DNA of 51,602 nucleotides from an uncultured Hyphomicrobiales bacterium. GTDB lineage: Bacteria > Bacteroidota > Ignavibacteria > Kapaibacteriales > UBA2268. The notes beneath the pieces are model-generated. The model was not told where the DNA came from. It saw only the letters and a list, made by a program, of their open reading frames with translations, and made no database searches. The stretch's first letter is position 1. Each line of letters opens with the position of its first letter. Shown piece by piece: positions 40,509 to 48,323 of the stretch. The stretch lies in the NCBI GenBank assembly GCA_964577665.1, contig CAZOBD010000005.1, forward strand, positions 493 to 52,094. Direction: 5' to 3'. The translations under genes were made by a program, and so were the position numbers.

Positions 40509-41660
40509 TTACATTTGCTCGAGCACGCCGTTTTTCTTTATAACATCGCGTGCGATTACCATTTTTTGGATTTCCGTCGTGCCTTCAAAGATGCGGTTAA
40601 TACGTGAATCGCGGTAAATTCTTTCGATGGGAAGCTCTCTTGAAAAGCCCATGCCGCCGTGAACCTGCATAGCCATATCAACACATCTGTCCAAAGCCTC
40701 CGAGCTGACTTTTTTGACGATAGCACTGTGGCGGGGAGTTACTTTCTTTTCGTCATACATCTGTGCAGTCCTGTAAACGACGCTTTCTGTTTCAAAAATG
40801 ATTGTAGCCATGTCAGCGAGCATGAACTGCACGCCCTGAAAATTGGCAATCGGCTCGTTGAACTGCTTGCGCTCCTTTGCATAGCGTGTAGCCATCTCGA
40901 GAAGTTCCTTGCAGGCGCCGAGACAAGCCGCGCCGAGCCCGAGTCTTCCTGCATCGAGAGTTTTCATCGCAACGAGAAAGCCTCTGCCGTCTCTGCCGAT
41001 AATATTTTCGCCCGGAACGCGCACATTGTCGAAAGTAAGGGATGAAGTAACGCTGCCGCGGATACCCATTTTTCTTTCATGGGCTCCGTGAGCAAAACCT
41101 TCCATGCTTCTTTCGACGACAAACCCCGTAATACCCATTTTGGTGCGTGCAAATACTGAGAATACATCGGCAATTGGCCCGTTTGTAATCCACATTTTCT
41201 CGCCGTTAAGTATCCAGTCGTCTCCGTCCTTTTCAGCTTTGGTCTGAAGATTGAAAGCATCGGAACCTGCACCGGGTTCGGTCAGAGCGTAAGCTGCAAT
41301 TTTTTCACCGGAACATAGAGAAGGCATGTATTTCTGCTTAAGCTCTTCGCTGCCGCCAATGAAAATGGCATTAGTGCCGATGGAAGTATGTGCGCCGATG
41401 AAAGTAGCAGTGGAAAGACAAGCTCTGCCAATTTCTTCCTGAGCAACGCAGTATCCGACTTCACCGAAACCGCTTCCGCCGTATTCTTCGGGGTAAGGAG
41501 CGCCGAGTAGTCCCAGTTCGGCGATTTTTTTTCTGGTTTCTTCGGGTATCCATTCGTCATCGTCAATTTTTGATGCTATTGGTTTCAGTTCGTTTGTGGC
41601 GAAATCTCTCACCATGTCGCGAAGCATTTTTTGCTCTTCTGTTAAGCTGAATTCAATCAT
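40509..41660 (-). CDS. Acyl-CoA dehydrogenase
   Basis: YALTEPGAGSD, LNGEKMWITNG, KMGIRGS, RKQFNEPI, QVHGGMGF, IFEGTTEIQ. Confidence 0.95.
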   Translation of the reverse strand: MIEFSLTEEQKMLRDMVRDFATNELKPIASKIDDDEWIPEETRKKIAELGLLGAPYPEEYGGSGFGEVGYCVAQEEIGRACLSTATFIGAHTSIGTNAIFIGGSEELKQKYMPSLCSGEKIAAYALTEPGAGSDAFNLQTKAEKDGDDWILNGEKMWITNGPIADVFSVFARTKMGITGFVVERSMEGFAHGAHERKMGIRGSVTSSLTFDNVRVPGENIIGRDGRGFLVAMKTLDAGRLGLGAACLGACKELLEMATRYAKERKQFNEPIANFQGVQFMLADMATIIFETESVVYRTAQMYDEKKVTPRHSAIVKKVSSEALDRCVDMAMQVHGGMGFSRELPIERIYRDSRINRIFEGTTEIQKMVIARDVIKKNGVLEQM

Positions 41661-41724
41661 CTTAGTTCCTGAATTTATTAAAAAAACTTTTCCGTAGATA
41701 TTCCGTAGATATATCGTTTATTGA

Positions 41725-42531
41725 TTACTCGATGAAATTTAAAATATTCTCACCGCCGTCCACACCGATAACTTCGCCCGTAATCCAGTAAAATTTTTCG
41801 TCCACAAGCAGAGAAATAGCTTTGGCAACATCATAAGGAACGGTATTTCTCTGAAAAGGATTGTGGTGGCGGGCAAATTCCAACATTCTTTCAAAGCCGG
41901 GTATTTTTTGTGCTGCGGGAGTGTCTGTCAAGCCTGCGCGAATGGCGTTTGCAGTTATTCTGTAAGGAGCCAGTTCCACGGCAATCTGCCTGATGTAAGA
42001 CTCTATTGCGGCTTTTGAGGCGGAAACGGGGCCATAGTTAGGCATTGCCCGCTGAGAACCGACACTGGTCATGGCAAAAATCCGGGAATTTTCAGCAAGG
42101 AGGTCTTCGTTAAAAAGGTCTTGAGTCCAGTAAATCAGACTGTTTGCCATAACGTTCATTGTCATTTCCATACCTTTCTGGCCAACCTGTTTGCTTTTAT
42201 CCTTATTGAAAAACGGTCCTATTGCCCCGAAAGCCAGAGAATGAATAAGCACTCTCAATATTGGGTATTTCTGTGTGGAAAGATGCTCTTTTATTGACTG
42301 GATAATTTCACGTCTGTTTCTCTCGTCAGCCGCATTTTTATTGAAGAAAATGCACTTAACTCCTCTGGCGGAGATATCGTCTATGGTTTCCTGAACCTTT
42401 CGCTTGTTTTGAGCTGTGTCGAAATGCACTCCGAAAATGTTATAGCCCTGCCCCGCGAGTTCTATTGCTGCTGCTCTGCCGAAGCCGCTGGAGCTTCCCA
42501 GTATCAGAGCATACATATTTTTTGCTTCCAT
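41725..42531 (-). CDS. SDR-family enoyl-ACP reductase-like protein (FabL/FabI-like)
   Basis: LGSSSGFG, YGPVSASK (YX6K), NAIRAGLTDT, VDGG. Confidence 0.75.
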   Translation of the reverse strand: MEAKNMYALILGSSSGFGRAAAIELAGQGYNIFGVHFDTAQNKRKVQETIDDISARGVKCIFFNKNAADERNRREIIQSIKEHLSTQKYPILRVLIHSLAFGAIGPFFNKDKSKQVGQKGMEMTMNVMANSLIYWTQDLFNEDLLAENSRIFAMTSVGSQRAMPNYGPVSASKAAIESYIRQIAVELAPYRITANAIRAGLTDTPAAQKIPGFERMLEFARHHNPFQRNTVPYDVAKAISLLVDEKFYWITGEVIGVDGGENILNFIE

Positions 42532-42771
42532 ATATCCCTTGCATAGATTATGTTGTAAATGATAATCTCGAATAAGTGATTTCTTAAAAATACAAATTAC
42601 AAAGATATTAAAAATTGTATATAAATAATAATTATCAAAAAAAAATATTCCATTTTATGCGGAACGTCATCTTTAACTTTGTGTTTTCTATTCTTTTTAT
42701 TATCTTAAATAATTTTTATATAGATTCTCGCTTGTCAAAATAAGCAATAATAATAATAGCGGCAGAAAGGT

Positions 42772-43698
42772 ATGGATATCAAACCCTTTTATCAAATATT
42801 CCACGATATCGAGCAGATGTTCAGCTCGCCGCAAAGTCGTATAAACCGTATTTATAAGTTTCTTGATAAGTTTCTTGAACGCCTTGACAAGCACCACATT
42901 TTCCTGCTTGCTGCCGGTATTGCCTTCAGTATTCTTCTCTACTTAGTGCCTCTTTTTTTGGTAACAGTATTTGTCGTAAGCCAGATAGTAGAGCCTGAAA
43001 CTCTTACCCGCGCCCTGCAGAATATCGTAAAAGAACTGCTGCCTCCGACTGATCAGACACAAAATTTACTGATGAGTATCATTTCTGAAGTAAATTACAT
43101 TTTTACGAAGAGCTCTATAGCCGGCTGGATTGGTATTTTTGTACTGCTCTGGGTATCATCCGCTTTTTTCAGCGCTCTTCGCTCAGGGCTGAATATTATT
43201 TTTGAAATATCCTCTCCCAAGTTCTTTGTCGTTTATAAACTTAAGGATATTCTCGTTACAATAGCGCTTACACTGCTCCTGCTGTTTTCCACATACATAT
43301 TTCCCTTGTTAACGGTAATAAAAACATATCTGCTTCAGTTAATACCGTCTGAAATAGAGTGGGTATTTTCATGGTTGATTCTTACGGCGGTATCTCTGGT
43401 TACATCATTTATTTTTTTCTATTTAATGTTTCGATTTGTGCCTAACCGGCGAGCTCCCAGAAAAGTAAGAATTATGAGTACGGTTCTCTGCGTAGTTTTA
43501 ATTGAAATCTCCCGGCATTTGTTTGCATGGTATCTCAGTACTTTGTCTAATTTCGGACGGTTTTACGGCTCTTACGCCGTTATTGCATCCATTGCGCTTT
43601 GGATATACTACCTTACTTTGATAATTCTCTTCTCATCGGAGATTTCCCAGTATTTATATGACCGGAAGCACAGCAGTAAAGTTACAGCGAAGGAATAG
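42772..43698 (+). CDS. YihY/virulence factor BrkB family membrane protein
   Basis: LAAGIAFSILLYLVP, RFVPN, YGSYAVIASIALWIY. Confidence 0.88.
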   Translation: MDIKPFYQIFHDIEQMFSSPQSRINRIYKFLDKFLERLDKHHIFLLAAGIAFSILLYLVPLFLVTVFVVSQIVEPETLTRALQNIVKELLPPTDQTQNLLMSIISEVNYIFTKSSIAGWIGIFVLLWVSSAFFSALRSGLNIIFEISSPKFFVVYKLKDILVTIALTLLLLFSTYIFPLLTVIKTYLLQLIPSEIEWVFSWLILTAVSLVTSFIFFYLMFRFVPNRRAPRKVRIMSTVLCVVLIEISRHLFAWYLSTLSNFGRFYGSYAVIASIALWIYYLTLIILFSSEISQYLYDRKHSSKVTAKE

Positions 43699-43761
43699 TT
43701 TTCTTTGTGAAAAAAAATTATTATTTTAACTGACTATTGAAAATTATCTTATGAAAAGTAT

Positions 43762-45294
43762 ATGAAAAAAGGAAAAGTTTACATAGCAGGAGCGGGTCCC
43801 GGCGATCCTTCTTTAATCACCGTAAAAGCTGTGAATATCCTGAAAAAAGCCGATGTTGTACTCTTCGACAGGCTTGCTAACGAGTCTTTACTCAATAATT
43901 GCTGCCGCGATGTTGAAATGATCTTCGTCGGAAAAAAATCTGGCAGTCATCATCACTCGCAGGAAGAGATCATTTCTCTTTTAATCGAAAAAGCAGGCGA
44001 GGGAAAATCCGTTTTAAGGCTTAAGGGCGGCGACGCATTCGTTTTTGGAAGAGGCAGCGAAGAAGCTCTTGCCTTAAAAAATGCAGGCATCGACTACGAA
44101 ATCATCCCGGGCATCTCTGCGGGCATTGCTGCCACCGCTTATGCGGGTATTCCCCTCACTCACAGAAATTTGGTCACCCAGTTTGTGTTTTTAACCGCTC
44201 ACGAAGCGCCTGATAAACCACATTCTCAGATTAATTGGCAGCTTTTGGCGCAGATGAAACACACAAATATAGTTATATACATGGGCGCGGCTATGTTGGA
44301 AAAGATTTCAGAGACTTTGATCGAAAACGGAATGTCCCCTGACATGCCGGCAGCTGTTATTGAAAACGGCACAATGCCTAAACAGCGCGTTTTAATCTCT
44401 AATATCACAGATTTACCTGCAAAAGCCCGTGCCGAAAACTTTTTATCTCCGCTTATAATTATGACGGGACCTACTATTCCTCTTAGGGACACGATTAAAT
44501 GGCTCGAAAACAAGCCCTTAGCAGGTAAACGCATCGTTACGACACGTGCTGTCGATCAATCGGCATCTTTATACGAAAAATTAAATGAAGAATACGCCGA
44601 AGCCATTCCTTTTCAATCAATTAAAACTGCTTTAATCAATCCTTATTTCTCTATTGAAGCCTTTTTAAATGAAAATAAATTCGACTGGCTCTTTTTTACA
44701 AGCGAAAATGGAGTGAAATACTTCTTTGAAATCCTTTTGAAAAACAATTTGGATGCAAGAAGCCTTGCCGAAACAAAGATAGCCGCCATCGGAAGCGGTA
44801 CTGCACGCAAATTAGCCGATTTTAACATCATTGCAGATTTTATTCCCTCGAAATTTACTTCTGCTGACCTCGTCAAAGAATTTCCGAAAGCCCATGATAT
44901 TACAAATAAAAGCGTTTTGCGTGTTAAGGGAAACTTCAAAAGAGATCCTTTAAGCGCAGGACTAAAAAAACTCGGTGCAAAAGTTACTGCTGTCAACGTT
45001 TATAAAATAATTAAAGATTCTCCTCATGCTTTTATCATAAAAGAACTTACTGAAAAAGGCGCCGATGCCGTTATGTTCACAAGTATTTCCACTGTTGAAA
45101 ACTTTTTCGACACTTTAAAAGCCGATGCCGCCGCTTTGTTCAACGAAAAAAATGCTTTAGCGCTTGCTATCGGTCCTGTTACGGCTTCCGCACTCAAAAT
45201 AAAAAACATAAAAAACATTTTAGAATCCGATGTGCATACTATTGACGGCATGATAGAAACTTTAAAACGCCATTTTACTGCTTCTAATTTATAA
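43762..45294 (+). CDS. cobA: Fused uroporphyrinogen-III C-methyltransferase / uroporphyrinogen-III synthase (CobA-HemD)
   Basis: GAGPGDPSLIT, RLKGGDAFVFGRG, GIPLTHR. The HemD half has PLAGKRIVTTRA, FTSENGV, AIGPVTA. Confidence 0.93.
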   Translation: MKKGKVYIAGAGPGDPSLITVKAVNILKKADVVLFDRLANESLLNNCCRDVEMIFVGKKSGSHHHSQEEIISLLIEKAGEGKSVLRLKGGDAFVFGRGSEEALALKNAGIDYEIIPGISAGIAATAYAGIPLTHRNLVTQFVFLTAHEAPDKPHSQINWQLLAQMKHTNIVIYMGAAMLEKISETLIENGMSPDMPAAVIENGTMPKQRVLISNITDLPAKARAENFLSPLIIMTGPTIPLRDTIKWLENKPLAGKRIVTTRAVDQSASLYEKLNEEYAEAIPFQSIKTALINPYFSIEAFLNENKFDWLFFTSENGVKYFFEILLKNNLDARSLAETKIAAIGSGTARKLADFNIIADFIPSKFTSADLVKEFPKAHDITNKSVLRVKGNFKRDPLSAGLKKLGAKVTAVNVYKIIKDSPHAFIIKELTEKGADAVMFTSISTVENFFDTLKADAAALFNEKNALALAIGPVTASALKIKNIKNILESDVHTIDGMIETLKRHFTASNL

Positions 45295-45325
45295 TCCTTT
45301 TTTTTTAAACAAATTAAAACAAATA

Positions 45326-45631
45326 ATGTTATTAAAAAAAATAAATAAAGAAGTGAAAAAAATAGAACCGCAGGCAGAAGTTTATCTTTTTGGCTCGCGG
45401 GCACGCGGAAATTACACGCAGGATTCTGATTGGGACATATTAATCCTTCTTCCGGGCGAAGTGAATTGGAAAAGGAAACGACCGATAATTCATTCGCTCT
45501 TTGAAATAGAGCTTTCGGAAAGGCAGATATTTAATCTGATAATACATAGCAAAGATTATTGGAATAAAAATAATCTTATGCAGGTATCACCTTTTGTTCG
45601 TAACGTAAATCAAGATAAAATAAAGCTATGA
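45326..45631 (+). CDS. MNT nucleotidyltransferase antitoxin
   Basis: LFGSRARG...DSDWDILIL. Overlaps the downstream HEPN start (ATGA). Confidence 0.88.
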   Translation: MLLKKINKEVKKIEPQAEVYLFGSRARGNYTQDSDWDILILLPGEVNWKRKRPIIHSLFEIELSERQIFNLIIHSKDYWNKNNLMQVSPFVRNVNQDKIKL

Positions 45632-46023
45632 AAAAAGAAATAAATGACTTAATAAAGTATAGATTTGAAAAAGCAAAAGAAACATTAATTGAAGCAAGAT
45701 TAATGTAAGACAATAATATGTGGAGAGGAGCATTAAACAGAGCTTATTACAGTTGTTTTTATGCAGTATCAGCCGTTTTATTAACAAAGGACTTAGTTTC
45801 AAAAACACATAAAGGTACAAGAAATCTTTTCCACCTCCATTTTATTGAAAATAGAATCATTTCAAGAGATTTTGGCAAAAGTTATTCTGAATTATTTGGA
45901 TATAGACAACAAAATGATTATGAAGATTTTGAAGAATTACCTCCTGAATTAATATCTGAAATGATTGAGTTCGCTGATAATTTTATTGAAAAACTTATGA
46001 AAGTCAGTAAAATAAAATTATAA
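45628..46023 (+). pseudogene. HEPN-domain toxin with an in-frame premature TAA at 45706-45708
   Basis: MKKEINDLIKYRFEKAKETLIEARLM*DNNMWRGALNRAYYSCFYA...KTHKG...RQQNDY. The frame continues after the stop. Confidence 0.82.
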
Positions 46024-46040
46024 TACCTAATAATTGCTTC

Positions 46041-46136
46041 TTACGCCGTTATTTCCACTTCTAACACATCTGACCAATAACCGGAGCCGGCAGAAATTAC
46101 TCCTCGGCAGCGATAAAGCCAATTACCACGTGTAAA
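46041..46136 (-). pseudogene. C-terminal fragment of a fibronectin-III/Ig-like protein
   Basis: FTRGNWLYRCRGVISAGSGYWSDVLEVEITA* has no start codon and a Y-R...G.WS pattern typical of FN3 C-termini. GC content is higher than the flanks. Confidence 0.45.
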
Positions 46137-46183
46137 TTATAAGAAATATTATGATTTTAAAAACAAAGTTATATATATATATA

Positions 46184-46314
46184 TATCGCGTCAGCGATTA
46201 AATGTTTGTAGTAATTCGTTCTCAAAAATAATAATTATCGCGTCAGCGATTAAATATTTGTAGTAATCCGGGGTCAAAATAATAATTATCGCGTTAGCGA
46301 TTAAATGTTTGTAA
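46184..46314 (+). repeat. Left array: three 28-bp hairpin repeats TATCGCGTCAGCGATTAAATRTTTGTAG, period 51-52 bp
   Basis: Units at 46184, 46236 and 46287, preceded by a (TA)8 run. Confidence 0.92.
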
Positions 46315-46369
46315 ATTATTGAATTTCCTTATATTCTCAAAAAATTATTAATCTAAATTTCGCTAAAAA

Positions 46370-46837
46370 ATGGCTAATACATATACTCAGATTTTAATTC
46401 ATATAGTCTTTGCAGTTAAAGGCAGAAGTAATCTTATCTCATCAAAGAATAAAGATGAGCTATATAAATATATCTCTGGTATTGTTCAGAATAAAGCTCA
46501 TAAACTTCTGATTATCAATGGTATGCCTGACCATATCCATATATTGCTCGGTTTAAATCCATCAGAAAGTATCTCAAACTTGGTAAAGGAAATCAAGAGA
46601 ATGTCATCTAAATTTATAAATGAAAGAAATTGGGTCAAGGGAAAATTCGAATGGCAGTCTGGGTATTCCGCTTTTTCATATTCAAAGTCTCATTTAAATA
46701 ATATATATAAATATATTGAAAATCAGGAAATTCATCATAAAAAGAGAACTTTCCGAGAGGAGTATTTAGAATTGCTGAAGAAATTTCAAATAAAATACGA
46801 CAAGCAGTATATTTTCAAAGATGTCGAAAATATTTAA
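46370..46837 (+). CDS. tnpA: IS200/IS605-family Y1 (HUH) transposase
   Basis: HIVFAVKGR, PDHIHIL (HUH), WQSGYSAFS, YIENQEIHH (catalytic Tyr). Confidence 0.93.
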   Translation: MANTYTQILIHIVFAVKGRSNLISSKNKDELYKYISGIVQNKAHKLLIINGMPDHIHILLGLNPSESISNLVKEIKRMSSKFINERNWVKGKFEWQSGYSAFSYSKSHLNNIYKYIENQEIHHKKRTFREEYLELLKKFQIKYDKQYIFKDVENI

Positions 46838-47005
46838 TCCCTATCGGGATATTCATTGCAGAGGGTGTTTTATGCTACAAATATTTAATCCCTGACGGGA
46901 TATTTACTGTGGTGCGAAAATTTATGCTGTAAATATTTAATCCCTGACGGGATATTCTTTACAGAGGGTGATTTATGCTACAAATATTTAATCCCTGACG
47001 GGATA
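46824..47005 (-). repeat. Right array: four inverted 28-bp repeats CTACAAATATTTAATCCCTGACGGGATA, period 51-52 bp
   Basis: Units at 46824 (contains the tnpA stop codon), 46875, 46927 and 46978. Confidence 0.92.
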
Positions 47006-47030
47006 TTCTCACTCAATATTTATATCGGTA

Positions 47031-47107
47031 TATCGCGTAGCGATTGAATGTTTGTAGAAGTTCGTTCCCAACACAATTAATATCGCGTAGCGATTATATA
47101 TTTGTGG
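47031..47107 (+). repeat. Two further left-type repeat units without tnpA
   Basis: TATCGCGTAGCGATTGAATGTTTGTAG at 47031 and a degenerate copy at 47081. Confidence 0.85.
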
Positions 47108-47128
47108 ATGATGCTCAAAAACCTTTTT

Positions 47129-47212
47129 TTAAAACTTGTCCAAAATATCATCAATTATGATTTGGTTGCGTGTAAGGTCGTCGAGAATCTCTCTTTTGCG
47201 GATTAGGCGGGC
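47129..47212 (-). repeat. Diverged duplicate of the last 28 codons (incl. stop) of lysA
   Basis: ARLIRKREILDDLTRNQIIIDDILDKF* versus lysA AHLIRKRETLDDLTRNQIIIDDILDKI*. Hand alignment to 48324-48407 gives 7 mismatches in 84 bp. Confidence 0.92.
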
Positions 47213-47232
47213 ATTAAAGATAAGCAATCAGA

Positions 47233-47313
47233 TTATGAAATTTCTACGCCGGTTTTCTTTATTTCTTCTACAAATCTTTTTCCGGTTTCTATTGCATCGT
47301 CTTTTTGAATAAT
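47233..47313 (-). pseudogene. Internally deleted MNT gene
   Basis: IQKDDAIETGK/RFVEE is joined directly to IKKTGVEIS*. These match the N- and C-termini of the MNT at 47966-48277. Confidence 0.75.
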
Positions 47314-47408
47314 TTAAAAGAATTTAATTTAAATCCCCGATATTTCTTCTTCTAATGTGTCAGGCCGATAGTCAGCGCTGGATAAACTTTTTCCATTTCT
47401 AATTGCTG

Positions 47409-47681
47409 TTATTTGAATTGTTCAATTAACTTATCATAATCTGAATGAGAGCCAATCCAAAACCAGTAAATAGATTTATTTTCTTTTAAACCCAAAACCC
47501 GCCAGTGCAAACCGACTCTGACCGACCAAATAGATTCATTTTTGTTTATTTCCTTGAATTGCAGAGATGAATGAAACGGATTTTCCTTCCAGACAGCATA
47601 ACTTTTCTTTGCAAGCAATTTCACCTGCTCTGGCAAATGACGGTAAAGTTTTACGAAATCTTCTGTTACATAAGATTTCAT
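47409..47681 (-). CDS. RelE/ParE-like type II toxin
   Basis: MKSYVTEDFVKLYRHLP...NPFHSSLQFK...WSVRVGLHWR...WFWIGSHSDYDKL. The true ATG (47681) overlaps the antitoxin stop (ATGA). Confidence 0.8.
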   Translation of the reverse strand: MKSYVTEDFVKLYRHLPEQVKLLAKKSYAVWKENPFHSSLQFKEINKNESIWSVRVGLHWRVLGLKENKSIYWFWIGSHSDYDKLIEQFK

Positions 47682-47896
47682 ATTTCGCCGAATCCCGATT
47701 CTTTTACTTTCCCCTGACGAATTTCCTCTCTCACTTTTCCCGCTATTTTTGACAACTCTTGCTGAGAAGTTGAAAATTGTTTTTCCCAAAGACTTTCGTC
47801 TTCAAGCTCATCTAAAATTAAGGAAGCAATGTAATCTTGCTTGTTTTCAGGTATTTGCATGACGGCATCCCATGCACGCTGAAGTAATTGTGTCAT
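47678..47896 (-). CDS. Putative antitoxin of the RelE/ParE-like toxin
   Basis: 72-aa acidic protein with an AGGAG RBS, translationally coupled upstream of the toxin. Confidence 0.75.
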   Translation of the reverse strand: MTQLLQRAWDAVMQIPENKQDYIASLILDELEDESLWEKQFSTSQQELSKIAGKVREEIRQGKVKESGFGEI

Positions 47897-47965
47897 TTTC
47901 TTCTCCTTTTATATTTTATTATATAAAAATGGAGGAAATTTCGGAAAAAATATTGTTATAGAAAA

Positions 47966-48277
47966 TTATAAAATTTCTACGCCGGTTCTCTTAATTTCTT
48001 CAAGGAAGGGATTATCGGTTTTTAGGTCGTCAGTTGCATAAGTAATCGGCTGTATAATCGAATAATTGCGCAGCGCCTTTAATATCATCTTGACATCAAC
48101 AGGTCCTATGCCGGTAAATTCGTCTGCTATAAGGGCTATATCTATATCGGAATGTTCTCTTTGCTTTTCGGCAGCATAAGAACCGAATAAATATGCCTTT
48201 TTAAGATTTATTCCAAGATTTAAAACTTCTTCAACAAATTTCTTTCCTGTTTCTATTGCAATATTTTGTGTAACCAT
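47966..48277 (-). CDS. MNT nucleotidyltransferase, orphan
   Basis: MVTQNIAIETGKK...LFGSYAAEKQREHSDIDIAL. The start is placed at 48277, behind a GAGG RBS. Confidence 0.88.
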   Translation of the reverse strand: MVTQNIAIETGKKFVEEVLNLGINLKKAYLFGSYAAEKQREHSDIDIALIADEFTGIGPVDVKMILKALRNYSIIQPITYATDDLKTDNPFLEEIKRTGVEIL

Positions 48278-48323
48278 TGCTTTATTTCCTCTGCCTTTTT
48301 TAATATATCTTTTGTATATTCTT
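48253..48323 (-). pseudogene. C-terminal HEPN remnant fused to the lysA stop codon
   Basis: (K)EYTKDILKKAEEIKQWLHKILQ* begins at the lysA TAA and overlaps the MNT start. Confidence 0.6.

Larger units (their letters stand above)
46184..47005 (+). mobile_element. HUH/Y1 tnpA element bounded by inverted sub-terminal repeat arrays (REP/STIR-associated, IS200/IS605 superfamily)
   Basis: The tnpA gene lies between inward-facing GTAG-ended repeat arrays. There is no tnpB. Confidence 0.8.

Noticed and set aside
45706..45708. Stop-codon reassignment or programmed readthrough
   Set aside because: TAA, TAG and TGA all terminate conserved genes normally elsewhere in the window; a single case is better explained as a nonsense mutation or error.
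46184..47107. CRISPR array (28-bp repeats with regular spacers)
   Set aside because: The spacers are only ~23 bp and resemble each other. The arrays are inverted around a tnpA gene, and there are no cas genes in the window.
47682..47789. N-terminal extension of the 126-aa toxin ORF
   Set aside because: It overlaps the antitoxin gene; the ATGA-coupled start at 47681 fits TA organisation better.
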